Notes under the pieces: model-generated | Told to the model about the DNA's origin: nothing | The model's input: the letters and a program-made list of their open reading frames with translations, nothing else | The model's database searches: none | Assembly: GCF_039654945.1 (NCBI RefSeq) | Contig: NW_027361672.1 | Coordinates: forward strand, 23,746,001-23,810,000 | Length of the DNA stretch: 64,000 bases | Reading direction: 5' to 3' | Source of the DNA: Dendrobates tinctorius | Lineage: Eukaryota | In this document: piece after piece, positions 1 through 15,900 of the stretch | Layout of the letters: the number at the start of each line of letters is the position of its first letter | How positions within the stretch are numbered: the stretch's first letter is position 1 | Program-made: the position numbers and the translations under genes

Positions 1-3000
1 TACACATGGGTACAGGATATATAGAGGGTGCAGACAGGGGAGCAGTGTGATAGTATATATGATTATATGTATACACATGGGTACAGGATATATAGAGGGT
101 GCAGACAGGGGAACAGTGTGATAGTATATATGATTATATGTATACACATGGGTACAGTATATATAGAGGGTGCAGACAGGGGAGCAGTGTGATAGTATAT
201 ATGATTATATGTATACACATGGGTACAGGATATATAGAGGGTGCAGACAGGGGAACAGTGTGATAGTATATATGATTATATGTATACAGATGGGTACAGG
301 ATATATAGAGGGTGCAGACAGGGGAACAGTGTGATAGTATATATGATTATATGTATACACATGGGTACAGGATATATAGAGGGTGCAGACAGGGGAACAG
401 TGTGATATTATATATGATTATATGTATACACATGGGTACAGGATATATAGAGGGTGCAGACAGGGGAGCAGTGTGATATTATATATGATTATATGTATAC
501 ACAGGGGTACAGGATATATAGAGGGTGCAGACAGGGGAGCAGTGTGATAGTATATATGATTGGGTGTATACACATGTGTACAGTATATATAGAGGGTGCA
601 GAGCCGCAGACAGGGACCAGTGTGATATTATATATGATTATGTGTATACACATGTGTACAGTATATATAGAGCCGCAGACAGGGGAGCAGTGTGATATTA
701 TATATGATTATGTGTATACACATGGGTACAGTATATATAGAGGGTGCAGACAGGGGAGCAGTGTGATATTATATATGATTATATGTATACACATGTGTAC
801 AGTGTATATAGAGGGTGCAGACAGGGGAGCAGTGTGATAGTATATATGATTATATGTATACAGATGGGTACAGTATATATAGAGGGTGCAGACAGGGGAG
901 CAGTGTGATAGTATATATGATTATATGTATACACATGGGTACAGTATATATAGAGGGTGCAGACAGGGGAGCAGTGTGATATAATATATGATTATGTGTA
1001 TACACATGGGTACAGGATATATAGAGGGTGCAGACAGGGGAGCAGTGTGATAGTATATATGATTATGTGTATACACAAGGGTACAGTATATATAGAGGGT
1101 GCAGACAGGGGAGCAGTGTGATATTATATATGATTGTGTGTATACACATGTGTACAGTATATATAGAGGGTGCAGACAGGGGAGCAGTGTGATAGTATAT
1201 ATGATTATATGTATACACATGGGTACAGTATATATAGAGGGTGCAGACAGGGGAGCAGTGTGATATTATATATGATTGTGTGTATACACATGTGTACAGT
1301 ATATATAGAGGGTGCAGACAGGGGAGCAGTGTGATAGTATATATGATTATATGTATACACATGGGTACAGTATATATAGAGGGTGCAGACAGGGGAGCAG
1401 TGTGATAGTATATATGATTATATGTATACACATGGGTACAGGATATATAGAGGGTGCAGACAGGGGAGCAGTGTGATAGTATATATGATTATATGTATAC
1501 ACATGGGTACAGGATATATAGAGGGTGCAGACAGGGGAGCAGTGTGATAGTATATATGATTACATGTATACACATGGGTACAGGATATATAGAGGGTGCA
1601 GACAGGGGAGCATTGTGATAGTATACAGTATATGATTATGTGTATACAGATGGGTACAGTATATATAGAGGGTGCAGACAGGGGAGCAGTGTGATAGTAT
1701 ATATGATTATGTGTATACAGATGGGTACAGTATATATAGAGGGTGCAGACAGGGGAGCAGTGTGATAGTATATATGATTACATGTATACACATGGGTACA
1801 GGATATATAGAGGGTGCAGACAGGGGAGCAGTGTGATAGTATATATATGATTACATGTATACACATGGGTACAGGATATATAGAGGGTGCAGACAGGGGA
1901 GCAGTGTGATAGTATATATATGATTACATGTATACACATGGGTACAGGATATATAGAGGGTCCAGACAGGGGAGCAGTGTGATAGTATATATGATTATGT
2001 GTATACAGATGGGTACAGTATATATGGAGGGTGCAGACAGAGGAGCAGTGTGATAGTATATATGATTATGTGTATACAGATGGGTACAGTATATATAGAG
2101 GGTGCAGACAGGGGAGCAGTGTGATAGTATATATGATTATATGTATACACATGGGTACAGGATATATAGAGGGTGCAGACAGGGGAGCAGTGGGATATTA
2201 TATATGATTGTGTGTATACACATGGGTACAGTATATATAGATGGTGCAGACAGGGGAGCAGTGTGATAGTATATATGATTGGGTGTATACACATGTGTAC
2301 AGTATATATAGAGGGTGCAGAGCTGCAGACAGGGAGCAGTGTGATATTATATATGATTATGTGTATAAACATGTGTACAGTATATATAGAGCCGCAGACA
2401 GGGGAGCAGTGTGATATTATATATGATTATGTGTATACACATGGGTACAGTATATATAGAGGGTGCAGACAGGGGAGCAGTGTGATATTATATATGATTA
2501 TATGTATACACATGTGTACAGTGTATATAGAGGGTGCAGACAGGGGAGCAGTGTGATAGTATATATGATTATATGTATACAGATGGGTACAGTATATATA
2601 GAGGGTGCAGACAGGGGAGCAGTGTGATAGTATATATGATTATATGTATACACATGGGTACAGTATATATAGAGGGTGCAGACAGGGGAGCAGTGTGATA
2701 TTATATATGATTATGTGTATACACATGGGTACAGGATATATAGAGGGTGCAGACAGGGGAGCAGTGTGATAGTATATATGATTATGTGTATACACAAGGG
2801 TACAGTATATATAGAGGGTGCAGACAGGGGAGCAGTGTGATATTATATATGATTGTGTGTATACACATGTGTACAGTATATATAGAGGGTGCAGACAGGG
2901 GAGCAGTGTGATAGTATATATGATTATATGTATACACATGGGTACAGTATATATAGAGGGTGCAGACAGGGGAGCAGTGTGATAGTATATATGATTATAT

Positions 3001-6000
3001 GTATACACATGGGTACAGGATATATAGAGGGTGCAGACAGGGGAGCAGTGTGATAGTATATATGATTATATGTATACACATGTGTACAGTATATATAGAG
3101 GGTGCAGACAGGGGAGCAGTGTGATAGTATATATGATTATATGTATACACATGGGTACAGGATATATAGAGGGTGCAGACAGGGGAGCAGTGTGATAGTA
3201 TATATGATTATATGTATACACATGGGTACAGGATATATAGAGGGTGCAGACAGGGGAGCAGTGTGATAGTATATATGATTACATGTATACACATGGGTAC
3301 AGTATATATAGAGGGTGCAGACAGGGGAGCAGTGTGATAGTATATATGATTATGTGTATACAGATGGGTACAGTATATATAGAGGGTGCAGACAGGGGAG
3401 CAGTGTGATAGTATATATGATTATGTGTATACAGATGGGTACAGTATATATAGAGGGTGCAGACAGGGGAGCAGTGTGATAGTATATATGATTATATGTA
3501 TACACATGGGTACAGTATATATAGAGGGTGCAGACAGGGGAGCAGTGTGATAGTATATATGATTATATGTATACACATGGGTACAGGATATATAGAGGGT
3601 GCAGACAGGGGAGCAGTGTGATAGTATATATGATTATATGTATACACATGGGTACAGGATATATAGAGGGTGCAGACAGGGGAGCAGTGTGATAGTATAT
3701 ATGATTATATGTATACACATGGGTACAGGATATATAGAGGGTGCAGACAGGGGAGCAGTGTGATAGTATATATGATTACATGTATACACATGGGTACAGG
3801 ATATATAGAGGGTGCAGACAGGGGAGCAGTGTGATAGTATATATGATTATATGTATACACATGGGTACAGGATATATAGAGGGTGCAGACAGGGGAGCAG
3901 TGTGATAGTATATATGATTACATGTATACACATGGGTACAGGATATATAGAGGGTGCAGACAGGGGAGCAGTGTGATACTATAAATGATTATGTGTATAC
4001 ACATGGGTACAGGATATATAGAGGGTGCAGACAGGGGAGCAGTGTGATAGTATATATGATTATGTGTATACACATGGGTACAGTATATATAGAGGGTGCA
4101 GACAGGGGAGCAGTGTGATAGTATATATGATTATATGTATACACATGGGTACAGTATATATAGAGGGTGCAGACAGGGGAGCAGTGTGATAGTATATATG
4201 ATTACATGTATACACATGGGTACAGGATATATAGAGGGTGCAGACAGGGGAGCAGTGTGATAGTATATATGATTATGTGTATACACATGGGTACAGTATA
4301 TATAGAGGTGCAGACAGGGGAGCAGTGTGATAGTATATATGATTATATGTATACACATGGGTACAGGATATATAGAGGGTGCAGATAGGGGAGCAGTGTG
4401 ATAGTATATATGATTATATGTATACACATGGGTACAGGATATATAGAGGGTGCAGACAGGGGAGCAGTGTGATAGTATATATGATTACATGTATACACAT
4501 GGGTACAGGATATATAGAGGGTGCAGACAGGGGAGCAGTGTGATAGTATATATGATTATGTGTATACAGATGGGTACAGTATATATAGAGGGTGCAGACA
4601 GGGGAGCAGTGTGATAGTATATATGATTATGTGTATACAGATGGGTACAGTATATATAGAGGGTGCAGACAGGGGAGCAGTGTGATAGTATATATTATTA
4701 TATGTATACACATGGGTACAGGATATATAGAGGGTGCAGACAGGGGAGCAGTGGGATAGTATATATGATTATGTGTATACAGATGGGTACAGTATATATA
4801 GAGGGTGCAGACAGGGGAGCAGTGTGATAGTATATATGATTATATGTATACACATGAGTACAGGATATATAGAGGGTGCAGACAGGGGAGCAGTGTGATA
4901 GTATATATGATTATATGTATACACATGGGTACAGTATGTATAGAGGGTGCAGACAGGGGAGCAGTGTGATAGTATATATGATTACATGTATACACATGGG
5001 TACAGGATATATAGAGGGTGCAGACAGGGGAGCAGTGTGATAGTATATATGATTATATGTATACACATGGGTACAGGATATATAGAGGGTGCAGACAGGG
5101 GAGCAGTGTGATAGTATATATGATTACATGTATACACATGGGTACAGGATATATAGAGGGTGCAGACAGGGGAGCAGTGTGATAGTATATATGATTATGT
5201 GTATACACATGGGTACAGTATATATAGAGGGTGCAGACAGGGGAGCAGTGTGATAGTATATATGATTATATGTATACACATGGGTACAGTATATATAGAG
5301 GGTGCAGACAGGGGAGCAGTGTGATAGTATATATGATTACATGTATACACATGGGTACAGGATATATAGAGGGTGCAGATAGGGGAGCAGTGGGATAGTA
5401 TATATGATTATGTGTATACAGATGGGTACAGTATATATAGAGGGTGCAGACAGGGGAGCAGTGTGATAGTATATATGATTATATGTATACACATGGGTAC
5501 AGGATATATAGAGGGTGCAGACAGGGGAGCAGTGTGATATTATATATATGATTATATGTATACACATGGGTACAGTATATATAGAGGGTGCAGACAGGGG
5601 AGCAGTGGGATATTATATATGATTGTGTGTATACACATGTGTACAGCCGCAGACAGGGGAGCAGTGTGATATTATATATGATTGTGTGTATACACATGGG
5701 TACAGGATATATAGAGGGTGCAGACAGGGGAGCAGTGTGATAGTATATATGATTATATGTATACACATGGGTACAGGATATATAGAGGGTGCAGACAGGG
5801 GAGCAGTGTGATAGTATATATGATTACATGTATACACATGGGTACAGGATATATAGAGGGTGCAGACAGGGGAGCAGTGTGATAGTATATATGATTATGT
5901 GTATACACATGGGTACAGTATATATAGAGGGTGCAGACAGGGGAGCAGTGTGATAGTATATATGATTATATGTATACACATGGGTACAGGATATATAGAG

Positions 6001-9000
6001 GGTGCAGACAGGGGAGCAGTGTGATAGTATATATGATTATATGTATACACATGGGTACAGGATATATAGAGGGTGCAGACAGGGGAGCAGTGTGATATTA
6101 TATATATGATTATATGTATACACATGGGTACAGTATATATAGAGGGTGCAGAGAGGGGAGCAGTGTGATAGTATATATGATTATATGTATACACATGGGT
6201 ACAGGATATATAGAGGGTGCCGACTGGGGAGCAGTGTGATATTATATATGATTATGTGTATACACAGACATGTGTACAGTATATATAGAGGGTGCAGACA
6301 GGGGAGCAGTGTGATATATATGATTATGTGTATACACATGTGTACAGTATATATAGAGGGTGCAGACAGGGGAGCAGTGGGATATTATATATGATTATGT
6401 GTATACACATGGGTACAGTATATATAGAGGGTGCAGACAGGGGAGCAGTGGGATATTATATATGATTATGTGTATACACATGTGTACAGCCGCAGACAGG
6501 GGAGCAGTGTGATATTATATATGATTATGTGTATACACATGGGTACAGTATATATAGAGGGTGCAGACAGGGGAGCAGTGGGATATTATATATGATTATG
6601 TGTATACACATGTGTACAGTATATATAGAGGGTGCAGACAGGGGATCAGTGTGATAGTATATATGATTATATGTATACACATGGGTACAGGATATATAGA
6701 GGGTGCAGACAGGGGAGCAGTGTGATAGTATATATGATTACATGTATACACATGGGTACAGGATATATAGAGGGTGCCGACAGGGGAGCAGTGTGATAGT
6801 ATATATGATTATGTGTATACACATGGGTACAGTATATATAGAGGGTGCAGACAGGGGAGCAGTGTGATAGTATATATTATTATATGTATACACATGGGTA
6901 CAGTATATATAGAGGGTGCAGACAGGGGAGCAGTGTGATAGTATATATGATTACATGTATACACATGGGTACAGGATATATAGAGGGTGCAGACAGGGGA
7001 GCAGTGGGATAGTATATATGATTATGTGTATACAGATGGGTACAGTATATATAGAGGGTGCAGACAGGGGAGCAGTGTGATAGTATATATGATTATATGT
7101 ATACACATGGGTACAGGATATATAGAGGGTGCAGACAGGGGAGCAGTGTGATAGTATATATGATTATATGTATACACATGGGTATAGGATATATAGAGGG
7201 TGCAGACAGGGGAGCAGTGTGATATTATATATATGATTATATGTATACACATGGGTACAGTATATATAGAGGGTGCAGACAGGGGAGCAGTGTGATAGTA
7301 TATATGATTATATGTATACACATGGGTACAGGATATATAGAGGGTGCAGACAGGGGAGCAGTGTGATAGTATATATGATTATATGTATACACATGGGTAC
7401 AGGATATATAGAGGGTGCAGACAGGGGAGCAGTGTGATATTATATATGATTATGTGTATACACAGACATGTGTACAGTATATATAGAGGGTGCAGACAGG
7501 GGAGCAGTGTGATATATATGATTATGTGTATACACATGTGTACAGTATATATAGAGGGTGCAGACAGGGGAGCAGTGTGATATTATATATGATTATGTGT
7601 ATACACATGGGTACAGTATATATAGAGGGTGCAGACAGGGGAGCAGTGGGATATTATATATGATTATGTGTATACACATGTGTACAGTATATATAGAGGG
7701 TGCAGACAGGGGAGCAGTGGGATATTATATATGATTATGTGTATACACATGGGTACAGTATATATAGAGGGTGCAGACAGGGGAGCAGTGGGATATTATA
7801 TATGATTATGTGTATACACATGTGTACAGTATATATAGAGGGTGCAGACAGGGGAGCAGTGTGATATATATGATTATGTGTATACACATGTGTACAGTAT
7901 ATAGAGGGTGCAGACAGGGGAGCAGTGTGATATTATATATGATTATGTGTATACACATGTGTACAGTATATATAGAGGGTGCAGACAGGGGAGCAGTGGG
8001 ATATTATATATGATTATGTGTATACACATGGGTACAGTATATATAGAGGGTGCAGACAGGGGAGCAGTGGGATAGTATATATGATTATGTGTATACACAT
8101 GGGTACAGTATATATAGAGGGTGCAGACAGGGGAGCAGTGGGATATTATATATGATTGTGTGTATACACATGTGTACAGCCGCAGACAGGGGAGCAGTGG
8201 GATATTATATATGATTATGTGTATACACATGGGTACAGGATATATAGAGGGTGCAGACAGGGGAGCAGTGTGATAGTATATATGATTATGTGTATACACA
8301 TGGGTACAGTATATATAGAGGGTGCAGACAGGGGAGCAGTGTGATATGATATATGATTATGTGTATACACATGTGTACAGTATATATAGAGGGTGCAGAC
8401 AGGGGAGCAGTGGGATATTATATATGATTGTGTGTATACACATGTGTACAGCCGCAGACAGGGGAGCAGTGTGATAGTATATATGATTATGTGTATACAC
8501 ATGGGTACAGTATATATAGAGGGTGCAGACAGGGGAGCAGTGGGATATTATATATGATTATGTGTATACACATGGGTACAGTATATATAGAGGTGCAGAC
8601 AGGGGAGCAGTGTGATGGTATATATGATTATATGTATACACATGGGTACAGGATATATAGAGGGTGCAGATAGGGGAGCAGTGTGATTGTATATATGATT
8701 ATATGTATACACATGGGTACAGGATATATAGAGGGTGCAGACAGGGGAGCAGTGTGATAGTATATATGATTACATGTATACACATGGGTACAGGATATAT
8801 AGAGGGTGCAGACAGGGGAGCAGTGTGATAGCATATATGATTATGTGTATACAGATGGGTACAGTATATATAGAGGGTGCAGACAGGGGAGCAGTGTGAT
8901 AGTATATATGATTATGTGTATACAGATGGGTACAGTATATATAGAGGGTGCAGACAGGGGAGCAGTGTGATAGTATATATGATTATGTGTATACAGATGG

Positions 9001-11339
9001 GTACAGTATATATAGAGGGTGCAGACAGGGGAGCAGTGTGATAGTATACAGTATATGATTATATGTATACACATGGGTACAGGATATATAGAGGGTGCAG
9101 ACAGGGGAGCAGTGGGATAGTATATATGATTATGTGTATACAGATGGGAACAGTATATATAGAGGGTGCAGACAGGGGAGCAGTGTGATAGTATATATGA
9201 TTATATGTATACACATGGGTACAGGATATATAGAGGGTGCAGACAGGGGAGCAGTGTGATAGTATATATGATTATATGTATACACATGGGTACAGTATAT
9301 ATAGAGGGTGCAGACAGGGGAGCAGTGTGATAGTATATATGATTACATGTATACACATGGGTACAGGATATATAGAGGGTGCAGACAGGGGAGCAGTGTG
9401 ATAGTATATATGATTATATGTATACACATGGGTACAGGATATATAGAGGGTGCAGACAGGGGAGCAGTGTGATAGTATATATGATTACATGTATACACAT
9501 GGGTACAGGATATATAGAGGGTGCAGACAGGGGAGCAGTGTGATAGTATATATGATTATGTGTATACACATGGGTACAGTATATATAGAGGGTGCAGACA
9601 GGGGAGCAGTGTGATAGTATATATGATTATATGTATACACATGGGTACAGTATATATAGAGGGTGCAGACAGGGGAGCAGTGTGATAGTATATATGATTA
9701 CATGTATACACATGGGTACAGGATATATAGAGGGTGCAGACAGGGGAGCAGTGGGATAGTATATATGATTATATGTATACACATGGGTACAGGATATATA
9801 GAGGGTGCAGACAGGGGAGCAGTGTGATATTATATATATGATTATATGTATACACATGGGTACAGTATATATAGAGGGTGCAGACAGGGGAGCAGTGGGA
9901 TATTATATATGATTGTGTGTATACACATGTGTACAGCCGCAGACAGGGGAGCAGTGTGATATTATATATGATTGTGTGTATACACATGGGTACAGGATAT
10001 ATAGAGGGTGCAGACAGGGGAGCAGTGTGATAGTATATATGATTATATGTATACACATGGGTACAGGATATATAGAGGGTGCAGACAGGGGAGCAGTGTG
10101 ATAGTATATATGATTACATGTATACACATGGGTGCAGCATATATAGAGGGTGCAGACAGGGGAGCAGTGTGATAGTATATATGATTATGTGTATACACAT
10201 GGGTACAGTATATATAGAGGGTGCAGACAGGGGAGCAGTGTGATAGTATATATTATTATATGTATACACATGGGTACAGTATATATAGAGGGTGCAGACA
10301 GGGGAGCAGTGTGATAGTATATATGATTACATGTATACACATGGGTACAGGATATATAGAGGGTGCAGACAGGGGAGCAGTGGGATAGTATATATGATTA
10401 TGTGTATACAGATGGGTACAGTATATATAGAGGGTGCAGACAGGGGAGCAGTGTGATAGTATATATGATTATATGTATACACATGGGTACAGGATATATA
10501 GAGGGTGCAGACAGGGGAGCAGTGTGATAGTATATATGATTATATGTATACACATGGGTACAGGATATATAGAGGGTGCAGACAGGGGAGCAGTGTGATA
10601 TTATATATATGATTATATGTATACACATGGGTACAGTATATATAGAGGGTGCAGACAGGGGAGCAGTGTGATAGTATATATGATTATATGTATACACATG
10701 GGTACAGGATATATAGAGGGTGCAGACAGGGGAGCAGTGTGATATTATATATGATTATGTGTATACACAGACATGTGTACAGTATATATAGAGGGTGCAG
10801 ACAGGGGAGCAGTGTGATATATATGATTATGTGTATACACATGTGTACAGTATATATAGAGGGTGCAGACAGGGGAGCAGTGGGATATTATATATGATTA
10901 TGTGTATACACATGGGTACAGTATATATAGAGGGTGCAGACAGGGGAGCAGTGGGATATTATATATGATTATGTGTATACACATGTGTACAGCCGCAGAC
11001 AGGGGAGCAGTGTGATATTATATATGATTATGTGTATACACATGGGTACAGTATATATAGAGGGTGCAGACAGGGGAGCAGTGGGATATTATATATGATT
11101 ATGTGTATACACATGTGTACAGTATATATAGAGGGTGCAGACAGGGGAGCAGTGTGATAGTATATATGATTATATGTATACACATGGGTACAGGATATAT
11201 AGAGGGTGCAGACAGGGGAGCAGTGTGATAGTATATATGATTACATGTATACACATGGGTACAGGATATATAGAGGGTGCAGACAGGGGAGCAGTGTGAT
11301 AGTATATATGATTATGTGTATACACATGGGTACAGTATA
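1..11339 (+). repeat. 71-bp satellite array, left part (runs off the window start)
   Basis: Unit TACACATGGGTACAGGATATATAGAGGGTGCAGACAGGGGAGCAGTGTGATAGTATATATGATTATATGTA repeats with period 71 from base 1; point variants and a 59-bp deletion variant (TACAGCCGCAGAC) occur. Confidence 0.98.
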
Positions 11340-12944
11340 CAGTGGGGCAAAAAAGTATTTAGTCAGTCAGCAATAGTGCAAGTTCCACCACTTAAAAAGA
11401 TGAGAGGCGTCTGTAATTTACATCATAGGTAGACCTCAACTATGGGAGACAAACTAAGAAAAAAAATCCAGAAAATCACATTGTCTGTTTTTTTTTCATT
11501 TTATTTGCATATTATGGTGGAAAATAAGTATTTGGTCAGAAACAAAATTTCATCTCAATACTTTGTGATATATCCTTTGTTGGCAATGACAGAGGTCAAA
11601 CGTTTTCTGTAAGTCTTCACAAGGTTGCCACACACTGTTGTTGGTATGTTGGCCCATTCCTCCATGCAGATCTCCTCTAGAGCAGTGATGTTTTTGGCTT
11701 TTCGCTTGGCAACATGGACTTTCAACTCCCTCCAAAGGTTTTCTATAGGGTTGAGATCTGGAGACTTGCTAGGCCACTCCAGGACCTTGAAATGCTTCTT
11801 ACGAAGCCACTCCTTCGTTGCCCTGGCGGTGTGCTTTGGATCATTGTCATGTTGAAAGACCCAGCCACGTTTCATCTTCAATGCCCTTGCTGATGGAAGG
11901 AGGTTTGCACTCAAAATCTCACGATACATGGCCCCATTCATTCTTTCATGTACCCAGATCAGTCATCCTGGCCCCTTTGCAGAGAAACAGCCCCAAAGCA
12001 TGATGTTTCCACCACCATGCTTTACAGTAGGTATGGTGTTTGATGGATGCAACTCAGTATTCTTTTTCCTCCAAACACGACAAGTTGTGTTTCTACCAAA
12101 CAGTTCCAGTTTGGTTTCATCAGACCATAGGACATTCTCCCAAAACTCCTCTGGATCATCCAAATGCTCTCTAGCAAACTTCAGACGGGCCCGGACATGT
12201 ACAGGCTTAAGCAGTGGGACATGTCTGGCACTGCAGGATCTGAGTCCATGGTGGCGTAGTGTGTTACTTATGGTAGGCCTTGTTACATTGGTCCCAGCTC
12301 TCTGCAGTTCATTCACTAGGTCCCCCCGCGTGGTTCTGGGATTTTTGCTCACCGTTCTTGTGATCATTCTGACCCCACGGGGTGGGATTTTGCGTGGAGC
12401 ACCAGATCGAGGGAGATTATCAGTGGTCTTGTATGTCTTCCATTTTCTAATTATTGCTCCCACAGTTGATTTCTTCACTCCAAGCTGGTTGGCTATTGCA
12501 GATTCAGTCTTCCCAGCCTGGTGCAGGGCTACAATTTTGTTTCTGGTGTCCTTTGACAGCTCTTTGGTCTTCACCATAGTGGAGTTTGGAGTCAGACTGT
12601 TTGAGGGTGTGCACAGGTGTCTTTTTATACTGATAACAAGTTTAAACAGGTGCCATTACTACAGGTAATGAGTGGAGGAAAGAGGAGACTCTTAAAGAAG
12701 AAGTTACAGGTCTGTGAAAGCCAGAAATCTTGATTGCTTGTTTCTGACCAAATACTTATTTTCCACCATAATATGCAAATAAAATGAAAAAAAAACAGAC
12801 AATGTGATTTTGTGGATTTTTTTTTCTCAGTTTGTCTCCCATAGTTGAGGTCTACCTATGATGTAAATTACAGACGCCTCTCATCTTTTTAAGTGGTGGA
12901 ACTTGCACTATTGCTGACTGACTAAATACTTTTTTGCCCCACTG
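11340..12944 (-). mobile_element. Tc1/mariner DNA transposon (IR/DR type, about 205-bp TIRs), full length, inserted in the satellite
   Basis: Ends CAGTGGGGCAAAAAAGTATTTAGTCAG / CTGACTAAATACTTTTTTGCCCCACTG; near-identical TIRs at about 11340-11545 and 12738-12944 with an inner direct repeat (AAGTATTTGGTCA); TA duplicated at 11338-11339 and 12945-12946. Confidence 0.97.
11555..12577 (-). pseudogene. Tc1 DD34E transposase, 340 codons, one in-frame nonsense codon
   Basis: ORFs 12577-11963 and 11941-11555 are in the same frame, split only by TGA at 11963-11965 ([12 protein letters not shown]). Motifs [14 protein letters not shown] and [11 protein letters not shown], with 34 residues between the second D and the E. 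Confidence 0.95.
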
Positions 12945-15900
12945 TATATAGAGGGTGCAGACAGGGGAGCAGTGTGATAGTATATATTATTATATGTATA
13001 CACATGGGTACAGTATATATAGAGGGTGCAGACAGGGGAGCAGTGTGATAGTATATATGATTACATGTATACACATGGGTACAGGATATATAGAGGGTGC
13101 AGACAGGGGAGCAGTGGGATAGTATATATGATTATGTGTATACAGATGGGTACAGTATATATAGAGGGTGCAGACAGGGGAGCAGTGTGATAGTATATAT
13201 GATTATATGTATACACATGGGTACAGGATATATAGAGGGTGCAGACAGGGGAGCAGTGTGATAGTATATATGATTATATGTATACACATGGGTACAGGAT
13301 ATATAGAGGGTGCAGACAGGGGAGCAGTGTGATAGTATATATGATTATATGTATACACATGGGTACAGGATATATAGAGGGTGCAGACAGGGGAGCAGTG
13401 TGATAGTATATATGATTATATGTATACACATGGGTACAGGATATATAGAGGGTGCAGACAGGGGAGCAGTGTGATATTATATATGATTATGTGTATACAC
13501 AGACATGTGTACAGTATATATAGAGGGTGCAGACAGGGGAGCAGTGTGATATATATGATTTTGTGTATACACATGTGTACAGTATATATAGAGGGTGCAG
13601 ACAGGGGAGCAGTGTGATATTATATATGATTATGTGTATACACATGGGTACAGTATATATAGAGGGTGCAGACAGGGGAGCAGTGGGATATTATATATGA
13701 TTATGTGTATACACATGTGTACAGTATATATAGAGGGTGCAGACAGGGGAGCAGTGGGATATTATATATGATTATGTGTATACACATTGGTACAGTATAT
13801 ATAGAGGGTGCAGACAGGGGAGCAGTGGGATATTATATATGATTATGTGTATACACATGTGTACAGTATATATAGAGGGTGCAGACAGGGGAGCAGTGTG
13901 ATATATATGATTATGTGTATACACATGTGTACAGTATATATAGAGGGTGCAGACAGGGGAGCAGTGTGATATTATATATGATTATGTGTATACACATGGG
14001 TACAGTATATATAGAGGTTGCAGACAGGGGAGCAGTGGGATATTATATATGATTATGTGTATACACATGTGTACAGTATATATAGAGGGTGCAGACAGGG
14101 GAGCAGTGGGATATTATATATGATTATGTGTATACACATGGGTACAGTATATATAGAGGGTGCAGACAGGGGAGCAGTGGGATATTATATATGATTATGT
14201 GTATACACATGTGTACAGCCGCAGACAGGGGAGCAGTGTGATATTATATATGATTATGTGTATACACATGGGTACAGTATATATAGAGGGTGCAGACAGG
14301 GGAGCAGTGGGATATTATATATGATTATGTGTATACACATGTGTACAGTATATATAGAGGGTGCAGACGGGAGCAGTGGGATATTATATATGATTGTGTG
14401 TATACACATGTGTACAGCCGCAGACAGGGGAGCAGTGTGATATTATATATGATTATGTGTATACACATGGGTACAGTATATATAGAGGGTGCAGACAGGG
14501 GAGCAGTGGGATATTATATATGATTATGTGTATACACATGTGTACAGTATATATAGAGGGTGCAGACAGGGGAGCAGTGGGATATTATATATGATTGTGT
14601 GTATACACATGTGTACAGCCGCAGACAGGGGAGCAGTGTGATATTATATATGATTATGTGTATACACATGGGTACAGTATATATAGAGGGTGCAGACAGG
14701 GGAGCAGTGGGATATTATATATGATTATGTGTATACACATGTGTACAGTATATATAGAGGGTGCAGACAGGGGAGCAGTGGGATATTATATATGATTATG
14801 TGTATACACATGTGTACAGTATATATAGAGGGTGCAGACAGGGGAGCAGTGGGATATTATATATGATTGTGTGTATACACATGTGTACAGCCGCAGACAG
14901 GGGAGCAGTGTGATATTATATATGATTATGTGTATACACATGGGTACAGTATATATAGAGGGTGCAGACAGGGGAGCAGTGGGATATCATATATGATTAT
15001 GTGTATACACATGTGTACAGTATATATAGAGGGTGCAGACAGGGGAGCAGTGTGATATTATATATGATTACATGTATACACATGGGTACAGGATATATAG
15101 AGGGTGCAGACAGGGGAGCAGTGTGATAGTATATATGATTATATGTATACACATGGGTACAGGATATATAGAGGGTGCAGACAGGGGAGCAGTGTGATAG
15201 TATATATGATTACATGTATACACATGGGTACAGTATATATAGAGGGTGCAGACAGGGGAGCAGTGTGATATGATATATGATTATGTGTATACACATGGGT
15301 ACAGTATATATAGAGGGTGCAGACAGGGGAGCAGTGTGATATTATATATGATTGTGTGTATACACATGTGTACAGCCGCAGACAGGGGAGCAGTGTGATA
15401 TTATATATGATTATGTGTATACACATGGGTACAGTATATATAGAGGGTGCAGACAGGGGAGCAGTGGGATATTATATATGATTATATGTATACACATGTG
15501 TACAGTATAAATAGAGGGTGCAGACAGGGGAGCAGTGGGATATTATATATGATTATGTGTATACACATGTGTACAGTATATATAGAGGGTGCAGACAGGG
15601 GAGCAGTGGGATATTATATATGATTGTGTGTATACACATGTGTACAGCCGCAGACAGGGGAGCAGTGTGATATTATATATGATTATGTGTATACACATGG
15701 GTACAGTATATATAGAGGGTGCAGACAGGGGAGCAGTGGGATATTATATATGATTATGTGTATACACATGTGTACAGTATATATAGAGGGTGCAAACAGG
15801 GGAGCAGTGGGATATTATATATGATTATGTGTATACACATGGGTACAGTATATATAGAGGGTGCAGACAGGGGAGCAGTGGGATATTATATATGATTATG

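Noticed and set aside
11928-12668. 246-aa plus-strand ORF
   Set aside because: Antisense shadow of the Tc1 transposase.
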